Source: an uncultured Clostridia bacterium (GTDB lineage Bacteria > Bacillota > Clostridia > Christensenellales > UBA1242). From it: a DNA stretch of 64,000 nt. This document shows, in pieces, positions 21,093-31,926 of the stretch (position 1 is its first letter; every line of letters begins with the position of its first letter). The notes beneath the pieces were generated by a model. That model saw only the letters and a program-made list of their open reading frames with translations, did not search any database and was not told the DNA's origin. The translations under genes and the position numbers were made by a program. Where the stretch lies: assembly GCA_947629745.1 (NCBI GenBank), contig CANREZ010000001.1:15300-79299 (forward strand), given 5' to 3'.

Positions 21093-22580
21093 TTGGGGAA
21101 GTCGGATATGCATATCCACTCGCTAGAAGGTTCTATTGACGCGTTTCTGCCTATCAAGAAAATTATATACCTTCTAAATGTATTCAATATAAACGATGCT
21201 GCCATCACCGACCATGATGGTTTCCGTGCAGTGACTAGCCTTGCTAAAGAATATGGCATACCGCTAAAGAATTTCTGCTACACCTTTGGCAATGTCCGTA
21301 TCTACCCAGGTGCAGAATTTAGAGCCTACGTCAATACCTCGTCAAGGTCTTGTAAATATAGCATGGCGGATAACGATACAATTACCGCTAGCTCTAGTGG
21401 CAACCAATATCCCAGTGTCCATATAATCGCGCTGTGCCCGACCCCTGATTCTTGCAAAATAACTGCCGATTTATTCGACACATACACTAGGTACAGCAGG
21501 CTTAGCAATTATCCAGTGCTGGACATTTTGAATAACGAACTAAGATTTAATATTACCCCTCAAGATATTGCGACATACAAATATTTGGCTGGCAAGAAAA
21601 GTCTTGCTGACAAAGATTATATAGACCTTGTAAAGAAATTGTATCCAAACGAAATATCTAGCGATATGGAGGAAGAACTAAAGGAAGTATTCGGCGACCT
21701 AAAGAGACCAAAGTCACTGATACTATCTGCCAAGCAGGTGATCGATGCCATTCACATGGCAGGAGGCCTTGCCCTACTCGCTCACCCAAATTTCACATTC
21801 AAGAAGAAATCTCAGACGGAGACTTGGCTCATTATCAATACCCTAAAGGAACTAGGCCTCGATGGATATGTGTCCGATATAAAGGATGAGAATGGTGTGA
21901 AAGTATTCCAAGATCTCAATTCCACACAGTCAATGGTAAGAGTGGCTGGAAGTGACTTCCACAACTTAGTATCCAATCTGCATCTAGGCACACTACTAAA
22001 TTCCTCCGAGAGTGTGAAATTCTCAAAGAATATCCTATCAGAGAGAGATTATAATATCTTGACCGACACATTAAAGAGCAACTACAATTATCGCAATAAG
22101 CGCCGCAAATTTCATATCGACCAAAATCTAATTTTGCGTGCTACAGCAATAATGGGCGAACAAAATGAGGTGTACGGAGATAATGTAAATATGATGCATG
22201 ACAAGCTCAACAATTTTACTAAAAACGACTATTACACCGAGATTAGGCAGTATGCTTGGCATAGTATCAAGCAGACTTGGGAGGACTTCAATAAGTACTT
22301 TGTCCTAGACGAGAATGCGGTAAAACCTGAGTATAATAGGAAGAGAATGCTATCCAATATGAATAGACATTTCCTAAAATACATGAATGCAAGATTGGCA
22401 GATATAGATACTATATACTTCCTGCCAGAATTATTCCACACTAAGGTCATGCCAAATTATGACCCATACAAGGATATCCCCGACTGGACACCAGATACTG
22501 TGATTGACCCGAAGAATAAGCAAAAAGTAGTAAAGATACTAGACGGAGTTAAAAAAAGTTATAACGAATTACACAGCTAA
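21093..22580 (+). CDS. PHP-domain (polymerase/histidinol-phosphatase family) metal-dependent phosphoesterase with a ~200-aa uncharacterised C-terminal extension
   Basis: PHP motifs appear in order: MHIHS, ITDHDGF, GAEF, HIIAL, LAHP, GSDFH. It has a TTG start 9 nt after AGAGGAGG. Confidence 0.7.
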   Translation: MGKSDMHIHSLEGSIDAFLPIKKIIYLLNVFNINDAAITDHDGFRAVTSLAKEYGIPLKNFCYTFGNVRIYPGAEFRAYVNTSSRSCKYSMADNDTITASSSGNQYPSVHIIALCPTPDSCKITADLFDTYTRYSRLSNYPVLDILNNELRFNITPQDIATYKYLAGKKSLADKDYIDLVKKLYPNEISSDMEEELKEVFGDLKRPKSLILSAKQVIDAIHMAGGLALLAHPNFTFKKKSQTETWLIINTLKELGLDGYVSDIKDENGVKVFQDLNSTQSMVRVAGSDFHNLVSNLHLGTLLNSSESVKFSKNILSERDYNILTDTLKSNYNYRNKRRKFHIDQNLILRATAIMGEQNEVYGDNVNMMHDKLNNFTKNDYYTEIRQYAWHSIKQTWEDFNKYFVLDENAVKPEYNRKRMLSNMNRHFLKYMNARLADIDTIYFLPELFHTKVMPNYDPYKDIPDWTPDTVIDPKNKQKVVKILDGVKKSYNELHS

Positions 22581-22600
22581 AAATATATAGGAGACAGGAT

Positions 22601-24679
22601 ATGGAAAAGACCATAAATATCAAGAGCACGAAACGCGATTTTGATCTTCAATCCCCATCAGCTTTTAAGAGGCTAAAGAGTGAGGAGAGGGAATTAGTAG
22701 CCCGCAATTATCTAAGGAAATTAATATCCCACAATAACAAGGCCATCAATGCGTCATTTCATCAATTTAACCCAAAGTTATTTATAGATATAGCAAATGA
22801 ACGTTATTCTACCCTAAATGACCCAATAACTGCAGCACGCCAATATGTGCACAGGAATATCATGGGAATATTTAGCGGAATATTCGTTAATAGCAGCATA
22901 CAGAATAAGAATCCCGACCTAAATAGCTTGTACAATACCATCATGGATATCCACGAACAGGCGAAGAATCCAAATTCCATCATCTCACTAAGCGACCTGC
23001 CAAAGATGGTGGAGTACTACGATATCTACACCCTATATTGCTTTAACGAAGTACAAAAGACTTTCCTAGAACTCCTGCCATATGTGGGCAAGGAATTCCG
23101 TACCGTTAACGACATAACTACCTTTGTCAATAAAGTGTTAGTCAATTCACTATTCCTAAACAATCCATACTACGGCTGGCCATACTACACAATTGGTGCT
23201 ATGAATTATCCTGCTGGATGTTTTAATATAAAGAAATTCCGTTGTCACACAACTACTGCGGGTATCAAGTATCCGCTTGGTGTACCCTTTGACTATTATC
23301 AGCTAGGTTACTGCAAAGATAGTATCTCAAAGAGCACACTAAAATTCGAGGGTTCGGATAAAATTGAGGAAATATTAGCCGACCACCTAAAAGACGACCG
23401 TGCATTTTACGACGTAGAGATCCCAGTAATCAGTGACACCGAACTTGAGATACAAAAGTATATCAAGACGCACATTGCAAAGAAATTAAATGACCATATC
23501 CGCCGCGTCTACGAAGCTCACGAGGGCAGACGTGACCAATACAATTATCATTCATGGGGAATGATGCCTGAGGATATCATCATCCGTGCATATCCTGATG
23601 ACCTACTACCGGTAAAGCGCACCCTCCAATACGACACATTCCACAAGTATTTGGACGAAAACGCAAGGGCCATAAGACTTGAGGAATTGAGGCAAGATAG
23701 TTATCCAAATATTATCCGTGACAAGGATTATAGCGATAGACTAAATAGAGATGATTTCAATAATTGGCCGGGGTCAAAGAAAGACAATTTATTCAAGAAA
23801 ACTGCCGATGATGAGAAGTTCCTTGGAGACAAGATATTCCCTGTGACAATTGATGACCAATTGAGGCATGAGACCAGGTTGACATACCGCGGAATACTAT
23901 TCGCACTAAATAGAACTCCTGAACATGTCATATGCAATACTAGTAGGAATTATCTCGATGAGTACGAAGCGCTATATCATACTGGAGTAAAGATCTATCT
24001 ATACAAGAATAGTGACCAGATATATAGAGGTGCCATTTGCTACCGCATGGTGAATGAAGAAGGTGCCGACGCTGTGTACAAATTCTATGACAGCACGGCC
24101 GACAAACAATTCGAAGGTGCGGAGCCTATCAATAGCGACGATTATCACTACATCTACGATGGAGATTTCCCAAATACTAAGCGAGATAACCAAGATGAGA
24201 CCATATCCAGTGATGACAATAATGATGACACTATTGACACCAACTATGAGGATATTGACACAGAAAATACTTCAAAGGAACTTGCTCAAGACGTAATAGA
24301 CAATCTATCAAGGAAGAAAGAAAATACCGCTGCGGATAACACTGCTACAAATTATGAAGATAATTTGGATAATAGCACCGCACGAGAGAATGACGATAGA
24401 GACGCATCAGATAATTCTAGTACAAATAGTGACGCATTAACTAACAAGAAAGTTATATTTAATGATGAAGAAAAGAAAGCGCGTATTGCAAAGGAACTTG
24501 AGAAGTACATGGATGTGCGCGAAAAACGCATCGCTGTACTACAAGCAAGGCTCTATACCCTTCGCTTGCAGGAACTAGGCACACCTCTATCAATTGCCGA
24601 ACGCAATGAGATACTCTCAATTCTTTCCGAACTAAAATCTCTCGGCGTCTCCACTGATGAGCACTCCACTGATGACTAG
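22601..24679 (+). CDS. Large hypothetical protein (692 aa) with an Asp/Asn-rich low-complexity region and a C-terminal coiled coil
   Basis: The long clean ORF starts 21 nt after the PHP gene behind GGAGAC, so it is probably co-transcribed. I recognise no family. Confidence 0.6.
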   Translation: MEKTINIKSTKRDFDLQSPSAFKRLKSEERELVARNYLRKLISHNNKAINASFHQFNPKLFIDIANERYSTLNDPITAARQYVHRNIMGIFSGIFVNSSIQNKNPDLNSLYNTIMDIHEQAKNPNSIISLSDLPKMVEYYDIYTLYCFNEVQKTFLELLPYVGKEFRTVNDITTFVNKVLVNSLFLNNPYYGWPYYTIGAMNYPAGCFNIKKFRCHTTTAGIKYPLGVPFDYYQLGYCKDSISKSTLKFEGSDKIEEILADHLKDDRAFYDVEIPVISDTELEIQKYIKTHIAKKLNDHIRRVYEAHEGRRDQYNYHSWGMMPEDIIIRAYPDDLLPVKRTLQYDTFHKYLDENARAIRLEELRQDSYPNIIRDKDYSDRLNRDDFNNWPGSKKDNLFKKTADDEKFLGDKIFPVTIDDQLRHETRLTYRGILFALNRTPEHVICNTSRNYLDEYEALYHTGVKIYLYKNSDQIYRGAICYRMVNEEGADAVYKFYDSTADKQFEGAEPINSDDYHYIYDGDFPNTKRDNQDETISSDDNNDDTIDTNYEDIDTENTSKELAQDVIDNLSRKKENTAADNTATNYEDNLDNSTARENDDRDASDNSSTNSDALTNKKVIFNDEEKKARIAKELEKYMDVREKRIAVLQARLYTLRLQELGTPLSIAERNEILSILSELKSLGVSTDEHSTDD

Positions 24680-24842
24680 GACTTGCTTTGTTACTTATGG
24701 ATTAAGGCTATAAGTATTGAATGATATATGTAATATTGTTTTATTTATCTAAGTTTTATATTTTATTATTTCCATATTCTTTATATAGCAAATCTATATA
24801 TAGGCCGAGAGTGTAGGTACTTGACTGGAGTAAGAATGCCAG

Positions 24843-24894
24843 TTCAATCCCCTCAGACCGCAGACGCGGCCAGCTCCCCCTACTACGGGGCGCC
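24843..24894 (-). repeat. Solo arm of the GGGGAGCTG/CTGAGGGGATTGAGC repeat family (core only)
   Basis: As written the sequence reads TTCAATCCCCTCAG-ACCGCAGACGCGGC-CAGCTCCCCCTACTACGGGGCGCC. This is the reverse complement of the family core. Confidence 0.85.
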
Positions 24895-24928
24895 TTATAA
24901 TTATAAGGTTAAAAGCAAATTTTAATAC

Positions 24929-24959
24929 AAAAAAGTCTACCAGGACGGTAGACTTTTTT
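24929..24959. terminator. Bidirectional intrinsic terminator between convergent genes
   Basis: A GTCTACC...GGTAGAC stem is flanked by an A-run and a T-run. Confidence 0.7.
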
Positions 24960-25011
24960 ATAATTAATATACATAAGTTATATTGCGCATTACCCTAATA
25001 GGATCGAATTT

Positions 25012-26070
25012 TTAATTCCTCAAACTATCCTCATAGTCGATGCCCATAGCCTTTTTCACACGACGGAGAGTGGATTGTGCACGCACTCTTGCCTTGGCAC
25101 TGCCCTCAAATAATATTTTATACACTTCGTCGGTGTGCTCCTCATAATACTTCCTACGAGTCCTAATTGGCTCCAAGATATCGTTTAGGATATTAGCTAG
25201 TGTTCGCTTTAACATCACGTCGCCTAGACCACCACGTTTGTAATGCGCTTCGAGTTCAGCCACATTGTTGTAACCTGGAGCATATTTTTGGATATCCGCG
25301 TCAGACGCAAATACTCTAAGGTAGGTGAATACCACATTGCCCTCAACTTTCCCCGGATCACTTACTTTGATATGGTCAGGGTCGGTGTACATACTCATCA
25401 CTTTAGCTCGCACTGTATCTGCATCATCGGATAGATAAATGCAGTTGCCGAGTGACTTGCTCATCTTTGCTTTACCGTCTGTGCCAACTAATCTTTGACC
25501 ATCTTTATTCTCTGGCAGGATGGACTTTGGCTCAACAAGAGTTGGTCCATACATAGTATTGAATGTGCGCACAATATCTCGTGTTTGCTCTAGCATTGGC
25601 TCTTGGTCGTTGCCGACAGGCACAATATTCGCATCAAACGCCGTTATATCTGCTGCTTGGCTAATTGGATAGCACATGAATCCAACTGGCAGGCTCTGGC
25701 CATTTGCTTCCTTTTGCTTGATCTCTTCCTTGACAGTAGGATTTCGCACTAACCTAGAGTACGTCACAAGATCCATGTAGTAAAATGTAAGCTCAGTTAA
25801 TTCCGGCACCATGGATTGGATGAAGATTGTCACCTTGTTTGGGTCTATCCCACAGGCTAGGTAATCACAAGCAACTTCGCGGATATTCTCACGGATTTTG
25901 CCGATATTATCTGCATTGTCACCCAATGCTTGCGCATCGGCTATCATGATGTAGTATTCGTCATAGTCACCTTGATTTTGTAGTAACACACGATTCTTTA
26001 GTGAGCCGATATAATGCCCTATGTGCAACTTCCCAGTAGGCCTATCTCCTGTCAAAATAATATTTCCCAT
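25012..26070 (-). CDS. trpS: Tryptophan--tRNA ligase
   Basis: 352 aa. It has the class I HIGH-type motif (GKLHIGHYIGS) and KMSKS. Overall it looks like TrpRS. Confidence 0.9.
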   Translation of the reverse strand: MGNIILTGDRPTGKLHIGHYIGSLKNRVLLQNQGDYDEYYIMIADAQALGDNADNIGKIRENIREVACDYLACGIDPNKVTIFIQSMVPELTELTFYYMDLVTYSRLVRNPTVKEEIKQKEANGQSLPVGFMCYPISQAADITAFDANIVPVGNDQEPMLEQTRDIVRTFNTMYGPTLVEPKSILPENKDGQRLVGTDGKAKMSKSLGNCIYLSDDADTVRAKVMSMYTDPDHIKVSDPGKVEGNVVFTYLRVFASDADIQKYAPGYNNVAELEAHYKRGGLGDVMLKRTLANILNDILEPIRTRRKYYEEHTDEVYKILFEGSAKARVRAQSTLRRVKKAMGIDYEDSLRN

Positions 26071-26091
26071 AGTTTCCTCTTATTTTAGTAC

Positions 26092-26121
26092 ATTATAATC
26101 TTAAAATTATTTCCCTGTCAA
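26092..26121 (-). promoter_or_regulatory. Consensus-like promoter of trpS
   Basis: On the minus strand: TTGACA (26121-26116), an 18-nt spacer, then TATAAT (26097-26092). It lies about 25 nt upstream of the RBS and ATG. Confidence 0.6.
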
Positions 26122-26186
26122 ATTATTTCCACGCCCACACTTATCCATATCCTAATATAGCACAAAATTTATCGTTGTATAGCAAT

Positions 26187-26212
26187 CAAAAAGGCTATGA
26201 GTTACATAGCCT
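26187..26212 (-). terminator. Intrinsic terminator after the CvpA-like gene
   Basis: On the minus strand, an AGGCTATG...CATAGCCT stem is followed by a T-run. Confidence 0.6.
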
Positions 26213-26219
26213 AATAGAT

Positions 26220-26924
26220 TTATTTTATAGTATAAGTGAATGTCTCATCCGATGCTGTAGATGACACAACTATCACATTTTCAGTCTCTTCCATTGGAGC
26301 GCCGTTGGTACTCGACTTCTTATCATCATCTTTGTCGGTAATCTTGTCTGCCCAATCGTGGACCATGTCGGATACGTGTTCGCGGACCCATGGGTCAAGA
26401 TATTTGTAAATAACTTTGGTGACAACAGTGTTATTCCTAATCCATTCGTCCATGACACCTAGATTGAATGTGCCAAGCAGGCTCACGACAGATAGACCAA
26501 TTGCTACGAACAATCCACCTTTAACGAATCCAAATACACCACCAAACACACGGTTTAGAGTGGATAATGTGCTAGAATTTGCTGTGACTGAGCTGAATAA
26601 TTTGCTCACTAGTAGTATCACTATCTTTAGTATAATCCACACAAGTAGCATGGATAGCAAGAACGTGATGCATGATGCGATATTTTCTCTGCTAAATCCA
26701 CCTACGCTCTCACCTAGTCCCCAACTGCCTAACATATTGGAGAACATCTTATTCACGTGGAACCAATTATCTAGGAGTGTTGCAACGTATTTTGCAAGGA
26801 AATATGACACGACGAGGGACACGAGCGAACTAAATATAGATAGCACGCTATCTACGAATCCACGCACTATTCCCACTATCGCAAATATTATTATTAAAAC
26901 TGCAAGTATTATATCACACCACAT
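26220..26924 (-). CDS. cvpA: CvpA-family membrane protein
   Basis: The N-terminus MWCDIILAVLIIIFAIVGIVRGFV and a multi-TM layout are typical of CvpA. The start is set at the internal ATG (Met16 of the ORF-track ORF 26220..26969). Confidence 0.65.
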   Translation of the reverse strand: MWCDIILAVLIIIFAIVGIVRGFVDSVLSIFSSLVSLVVSYFLAKYVATLLDNWFHVNKMFSNMLGSWGLGESVGGFSRENIASCITFLLSMLLVWIILKIVILLVSKLFSSVTANSSTLSTLNRVFGGVFGFVKGGLFVAIGLSVVSLLGTFNLGVMDEWIRNNTVVTKVIYKYLDPWVREHVSDMVHDWADKITDKDDDKKSSTNGAPMEETENVIVVSSTASDETFTYTIK

Positions 26925-27109
26925 AATATTCACCTCACAACTAAAATAGTTTATATCATCATACCACAAAAATTGTCGTTTGTCACTATTTTGTTTTAAC
27001 GAAATTGCACAATTTGCATTTTGTGCATATTACTACATGACATGGATAATAAATAGTTTGATAAATAAAGTAGGAATAATTTCGCAGGTGTTATACTAGA
27101 TATTCCTTC

Positions 27110-27991
27110 TTATCTACTACTTCGCTCAGCCTTTGATGCGATTTGTTTCATATCCTCTATTTTATCCATGAGTTTTGAGATCTTCTTGTCACTATTCTTT
27201 TCTGGATATTCCATAATGTCTTCAAGCAACTTATATTCCTCAAATCTCATCTTGCAGAAATTTTCGATATTCTCTACTATAGTTTTGTCTTCTTCTAATT
27301 CTGCTAAACTATCTTTCTCATCTGCATTTTTTGCCCTAAGTACTAATCCTTTGTACGCAGCTTTTAATAGATTATTTATGAGTTTAAGTTCTTCGAATGA
27401 GTAGTAATTTAGCTTTAGGAAATTACTAGGATACTGTCGGATGAGATCTACTAGTCCTCTCTCGTCCTTATATTTAGTTTCTCCGTCGAATATTTCCTCA
27501 TCAACTATATTACAGAGCGTTACTCTACCATTTACTTTTACTAAGGCATATCCTAGATAAGTGCCATAGTACTGGTCAAATACACACTTTCCTGATACTT
27601 TCCTTGTCCCAAGATTGAATATAGTCCACTTCCCATTAGCCAATTTGACAACTGCACTATCATGTGAAGCGCGGTCACAATCCACGAATCTCTCACTTAG
27701 TAACTCACCATCTATGCTATCAAAATACGTCCAAGTATAATTATTTAACCATACACGACGATATCCATTATAAAGAGCCTCAACCCAGATAAATCTCTCA
27801 TCTAATATATTAGCTGTCTTTGCAACAAAAAATGTCATACTGCCATCTTTTAAAATCACAAGACCATGACCATCACTAATATGTGTACAGAATTTAAAAT
27901 CAAAATTTAACAACTGTCCAGTTTTAGTATCCTTGTATGTCCAATTACCATTTGGATTTATGCATGGCTCATAACTATAATCCAACTTCAT
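27110..27991 (-). CDS. WG-repeat (KWG-like) containing protein
   Basis: Repeated segments with a W/F-T/V-aromatic pattern are seen: NWTYKDTKTGQLL, YTWTYFDSIDGELL and GKWTIFNLGTRKV. Confidence 0.5.
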   Translation of the reverse strand: MKLDYSYEPCINPNGNWTYKDTKTGQLLNFDFKFCTHISDGHGLVILKDGSMTFFVAKTANILDERFIWVEALYNGYRRVWLNNYTWTYFDSIDGELLSERFVDCDRASHDSAVVKLANGKWTIFNLGTRKVSGKCVFDQYYGTYLGYALVKVNGRVTLCNIVDEEIFDGETKYKDERGLVDLIRQYPSNFLKLNYYSFEELKLINNLLKAAYKGLVLRAKNADEKDSLAELEEDKTIVENIENFCKMRFEEYKLLEDIMEYPEKNSDKKISKLMDKIEDMKQIASKAERSSR

Positions 27992-28134
27992 TTCATCCCC
28001 TCACTTATACTTAGATTATATAGCCCAATACTAAGTAAAGTCAATATGCAAAATACAATATTTTAAGACTTAGTAAGTCTACATATTTTAGTAGAAATAT
28101 TTTATCTTTTTGGTCACTGGCAATAATAACTATT

Positions 28135-28671
28135 ATGAAAAAGTGTGTGAAGATTAGTATGAGCACTCTGCCAACTCTCATAGATGGCATATGCGAAGTT
28201 TTTAATAGTTTGTGTGATTTTGTAATTATCCCCATTGGCAATAGTGAGGTATTAGTGGATAGCATTGGGAGGCAAACTATGAGAAAATGCATATCTAGGT
28301 ACAATATGCCCCGCGAGTTATTCCCAATAGATTATGATATAACGCCCGAGAATATAGACGATATTCTAGATATGCTATCCAGAGAGAATATAGGTCACAT
28401 TATCCTAGATAGTGCTATTGGGCAGGAAATGAATATTTGCACGCTATCTACTTGTGGCGCGTATGTGTGCAGTCTAAGTGAACCAAAGCTAATTGGTGAC
28501 GCATCGATCCTAGTATCTACCGTGACCGATAAGGCCAATATGTCAAGCCTAGATATTATCCACGCGTCGGATATCCTATCCTATGCACTTTGGCGGGCAT
28601 ATAAAGAGTGTAAAAGTCATTATTCGCCACATTTTTTGCGGGATTATAGCGTACCATATAGTACGTTGTGA
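28135..28671 (+). CDS. Hypothetical protein
   Basis: 178-aa ORF upstream of ftsH. It has no PRPP-binding motif, so it is not hpt. The family is unknown. Confidence 0.4.
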   Translation: MKKCVKISMSTLPTLIDGICEVFNSLCDFVIIPIGNSEVLVDSIGRQTMRKCISRYNMPRELFPIDYDITPENIDDILDMLSRENIGHIILDSAIGQEMNICTLSTCGAYVCSLSEPKLIGDASILVSTVTDKANMSSLDIIHASDILSYALWRAYKECKSHYSPHFLRDYSVPYSTL

Positions 28672-28816
28672 ATATTTTACTTCGTCTAGATAAAATTTTG
28701 GTGTATAATCCAACATGGAGTTTGAAAAAAGTGTCACTTATGATAATATTATTAGTGTACAAAAGCAAACGAATATGTTAGAATATGGAAACAAATTATT
28801 TTTGGAGGACTAAGTT

Positions 28817-31105
28817 TTGGAGAAAAGTAACAAAAAGCGAAGTATAGGTGGCATAATATCTTTTATCACCATACTTATCCTTATATTAGCCGTGGTATTT
28901 ATAGCCAGCCGGCCAAACTATGGATCTGAGATCGAGATGATCCCAGAATTTCAGGAATTAGTGAATAGTGGCGAAGTATCCGATGTGTATGCCGAGGGTG
29001 GCAGAGCACTCGTGAGACTAAAAGAAAGTGAGATATCCGACAACGATTGGTCACGTCATAGGAAAGCCGATTGCTATGTGATGTATACCTCGTCTACAGA
29101 TATCAAGGACATTATCACGGAATACAACAATACCGTCGATGCAGCAGCTAAAGTATCCTACGTCAATCACCCTGCAAGTGAGAGCCTCATCTCCACCATC
29201 GCACCATATATATCTATCATCATCATGATAGCCCTTGCTGTGATGTTCTGGAGAATGCTAAAGAAAGCAACTAATGCAGGTGGCACAAACAATTTTGGCA
29301 AGAGCACTGCTCAAGTTGAGCGCAGCAGTATCAGGTTCTCAGATATAGCAGGTGCTGATGAGGAAAAGGAAGAGACTGCAGAGATAGTAGAATTCCTAAA
29401 GAATCCACAAAAATTCCGCGCAGTGGGAGCAAGAATTCCAAAAGGCGTGCTACTAGTTGGCCCTCCAGGGACAGGTAAGACGCTTCTTGCAAAAGCTGTG
29501 GCTGGAGAGAGCAATGTGCCATTCTTCTCAATGTCAGGTAGTGACTTTGTGGAATTGTACGTCGGTGTGGGTGCTAGCCGTGTGAGAGATCTATTTAGTA
29601 CCGCACAGCAGCACGCTCCATGTATCATATTTATAGATGAAATAGACGCTGTTGGTCGTCGTCGTGGCTCAGGTCTCGGCGGTGGACATGACGAGAGAGA
29701 GCAAACGCTAAATCAATTGCTAGTCGAGATGGATGGTTTCAATAACAATACCGGAATCATCGTGATGGCTGCAACAAACCGTGCAGATATCCTAGACCCT
29801 GCACTGCTCCGTCCAGGTCGTTTTGACAGACAAATTCATGTCAATGTGCCAGATGTGAAAGGCCGTGAGGGAATACTGAAGATTCACGCACGTGGCAAGC
29901 CTATTGACAAATCTGTCGACTTTGGCGCAATCGCAAGGCTCACCAGCGGCATGACAGGTGCGGATATTGAGAATTTCTTGAACGAAGCAGCTATCCTTAC
30001 CGCACGTGATGGGCGTAGCACTATCACCATGGCAGATATTACAGAGGGCATCAACAAAGCAACTATGGGCCCACAGAAGCGCAGCAACTTGGTTACCGAA
30101 GAGGACAAGAAGCGCACCGCTTATCACGAGTCGGGCCATGCTATACTGATCAAATCACTTAATACTGGAGAGACTGTGCACGAAGTCTCCATCATCCCAA
30201 GAGGACAGGCAGGTGGATACACCAGCATGCGTACTTCAAAGGATACATCGTATTACACAAAAGATGTCCTGCTCAATAAAATTTGTGGTGCAATGGGTGG
30301 AAGAATTGCCGAAGAAATTGTCTTTGGAGAATTATCCACAGGCGCTGCAAACGATATCAAGCAAGCTACACAGATCGCTCACTACATGGTCGTAGAATAC
30401 GGCATGAGTGACCTAGGATTCGTAAACTATGGTGAGGACGCCGAGATATTCGTCGGTCGTGATTACCAGAAGAAGACAAGCTACAGCGAAGAGACCGCAG
30501 CAAAGATCGATGAGCAAGTGCAAAAGATCTTGTCCGAATGTTACGCAAAGTCAAAGAAATTACTTGAATCCAAACGTGACATTATGGACAATATGGTAAA
30601 ATTATTGCTTGAGAAAGAGACTATCTACTCTGACGAGATAGACATGATCATCAGTGGCAAAGACCCAAAAGATGTGTCAAAGCATATCGAAAAACGTGCC
30701 AAGGCTGAGAAACGCCGCAACGACAAACTAAGAAAAGTGCAGGAAGTAGAACAAGCGAAGAAACTGCAGGAAATCAAACTCCAAGCAGCTACAGCACTAA
30801 ACAAAGCAGGAATACTCTCAAAGAGCGAACTGGACCTAATCAAGTCTGAGATAGACAAGACTGAGACTGCCCTGCCTGCTGCTCCAAAGAAACGCGGCCG
30901 CCCTAGGAAGAATCCTCTAACGTCTACAGATAGCAAGGAATCCTCTGCATCCAAAGATTCTACTACAAAATCTGCTGCCCCAAAGAGCACAAGCACTAAG
31001 GCAAAGACCGCATCAAAGCCAAAGACTGCAAAGAAGTCTGCTACCAAGGAAAAACAAGAGAAAAAATCTGAAAAGAAGGATAATTCCACAAAGGATAGCA
31101 AGTAG
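28817..31105 (+). CDS. ftsH: ATP-dependent zinc metalloprotease FtsH with a long Lys/Ser/Thr-rich C-terminal tail
   Basis: Walker [14 protein letters not shown], Walker B IIFIDEID, an SRH region and the HESGHA zinc motif. It has a TTG start after GGAGGAC. Confidence 0.95.
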   Translation: MEKSNKKRSIGGIISFITILILILAVVFIASRPNYGSEIEMIPEFQELVNSGEVSDVYAEGGRALVRLKESEISDNDWSRHRKADCYVMYTSSTDIKDIITEYNNTVDAAAKVSYVNHPASESLISTIAPYISIIIMIALAVMFWRMLKKATNAGGTNNFGKSTAQVERSSIRFSDIAGADEEKEETAEIVEFLKNPQKFRAVGARIPKGVLLVGPPGTGKTLLAKAVAGESNVPFFSMSGSDFVELYVGVGASRVRDLFSTAQQHAPCIIFIDEIDAVGRRRGSGLGGGHDEREQTLNQLLVEMDGFNNNTGIIVMAATNRADILDPALLRPGRFDRQIHVNVPDVKGREGILKIHARGKPIDKSVDFGAIARLTSGMTGADIENFLNEAAILTARDGRSTITMADITEGINKATMGPQKRSNLVTEEDKKRTAYHESGHAILIKSLNTGETVHEVSIIPRGQAGGYTSMRTSKDTSYYTKDVLLNKICGAMGGRIAEEIVFGELSTGAANDIKQATQIAHYMVVEYGMSDLGFVNYGEDAEIFVGRDYQKKTSYSEETAAKIDEQVQKILSECYAKSKKLLESKRDIMDNMVKLLLEKETIYSDEIDMIISGKDPKDVSKHIEKRAKAEKRRNDKLRKVQEVEQAKKLQEIKLQAATALNKAGILSKSELDLIKSEIDKTETALPAAPKKRGRPRKNPLTSTDSKESSASKDSTTKSAAPKSTSTKAKTASKPKTAKKSATKEKQEKKSEKKDNSTKDSK

Positions 31106-31207
31106 TGCTAACTATTTGACATTTTCGTCCCAAATGGTTATCATATATTAGGTTGTGGGGAATAGATTATATATCCCCTAGCCAAATAGATATAATATGA
31201 GGAGATT

Positions 31208-31783
31208 ATGAATAACACAAAGAAAATAGCATCAATTATTGCACTTGTATTCGTTGGACTCATTGCAGCAACTGCAATACTCCTAGCCATTATCCCTATT
31301 AGTTTCAACAAACAAATTGTGGCAAGCGACGCTGTGGGAGTTACTGTGAAAGTATTCGATATAGGAGAAAATTATTTCACAAGGGACACCAATGAATTCA
31401 AAGAAATTTCAAAATTGTATGACAAATCCCACAATGAGAATATCCTGCTATCCTTATTCCAAGGAATGTTTGGCAAGGATGCAAAAGTTGAGGAGAAACA
31501 CGTTAGTTCCACAACATATGATTCAGCTACATCAATAAGATTCGAGTATGGGTCAGCAAACAAACATACTCTATCCATCAAGGGCAAGACTTATACATCT
31601 ACTTCGAATAGCAATGGTATAGAGTACACTAGCCTAGTTGTCACAGTGTCAAACTCAAAGAATATGGATGAATACACCATTTATCTACTAAATGACAACA
31701 ACTGCAATTGCTCAATCACCGCATACGCCGAGCAGACCAAGTTGTACAACTACCTAACCTCTCTCGACCTCCACTCTGCTTAG
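31208..31783 (+). CDS. Membrane-anchored hypothetical protein
   Basis: 191 aa with an N-terminal TM helix (IASIIALVFVGLIAATAILLAII). A terminator lies downstream. Confidence 0.55.
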   Translation: MNNTKKIASIIALVFVGLIAATAILLAIIPISFNKQIVASDAVGVTVKVFDIGENYFTRDTNEFKEISKLYDKSHNENILLSLFQGMFGKDAKVEEKHVSSTTYDSATSIRFEYGSANKHTLSIKGKTYTSTSNSNGIEYTSLVVTVSNSKNMDEYTIYLLNDNNCNCSITAYAEQTKLYNYLTSLDLHSA

Positions 31784-31831
31784 TGGGTAGACAGTGATTG
31801 TCTAACGAAATTGAAAACAATACACCTAAAA

Positions 31832-31857
31832 AGTCCAAGACTATCTTGGACTTTTTT
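31832..31857 (+). terminator. Intrinsic terminator
   Basis: An AGTCCAAGA...TCTTGGACT stem is followed by TTTTTT. Confidence 0.7.
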
Positions 31858-31884
31858 CTTAAATCAATTAGACTAATGCAACAA

Positions 31885-31914
31885 AAAACGAAGCGCCAAT
31901 CTTCGTTTTTTTTT
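31885..31914. terminator. Bidirectional terminator-like hairpin
   Basis: An ACGAAG...CTTCGT stem is flanked by an A-run and a long T-run. Confidence 0.55.
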
Positions 31915-31926
31915 AATGCTAAAATA

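Noticed and set aside
26071-26219. I looked for a T-box leader upstream of trpS.
   Set aside because: Only about 150 nt are available, and they contain a consensus promoter about 25 nt from the RBS. There is no specifier hairpin, T-box sequence or leader terminator.
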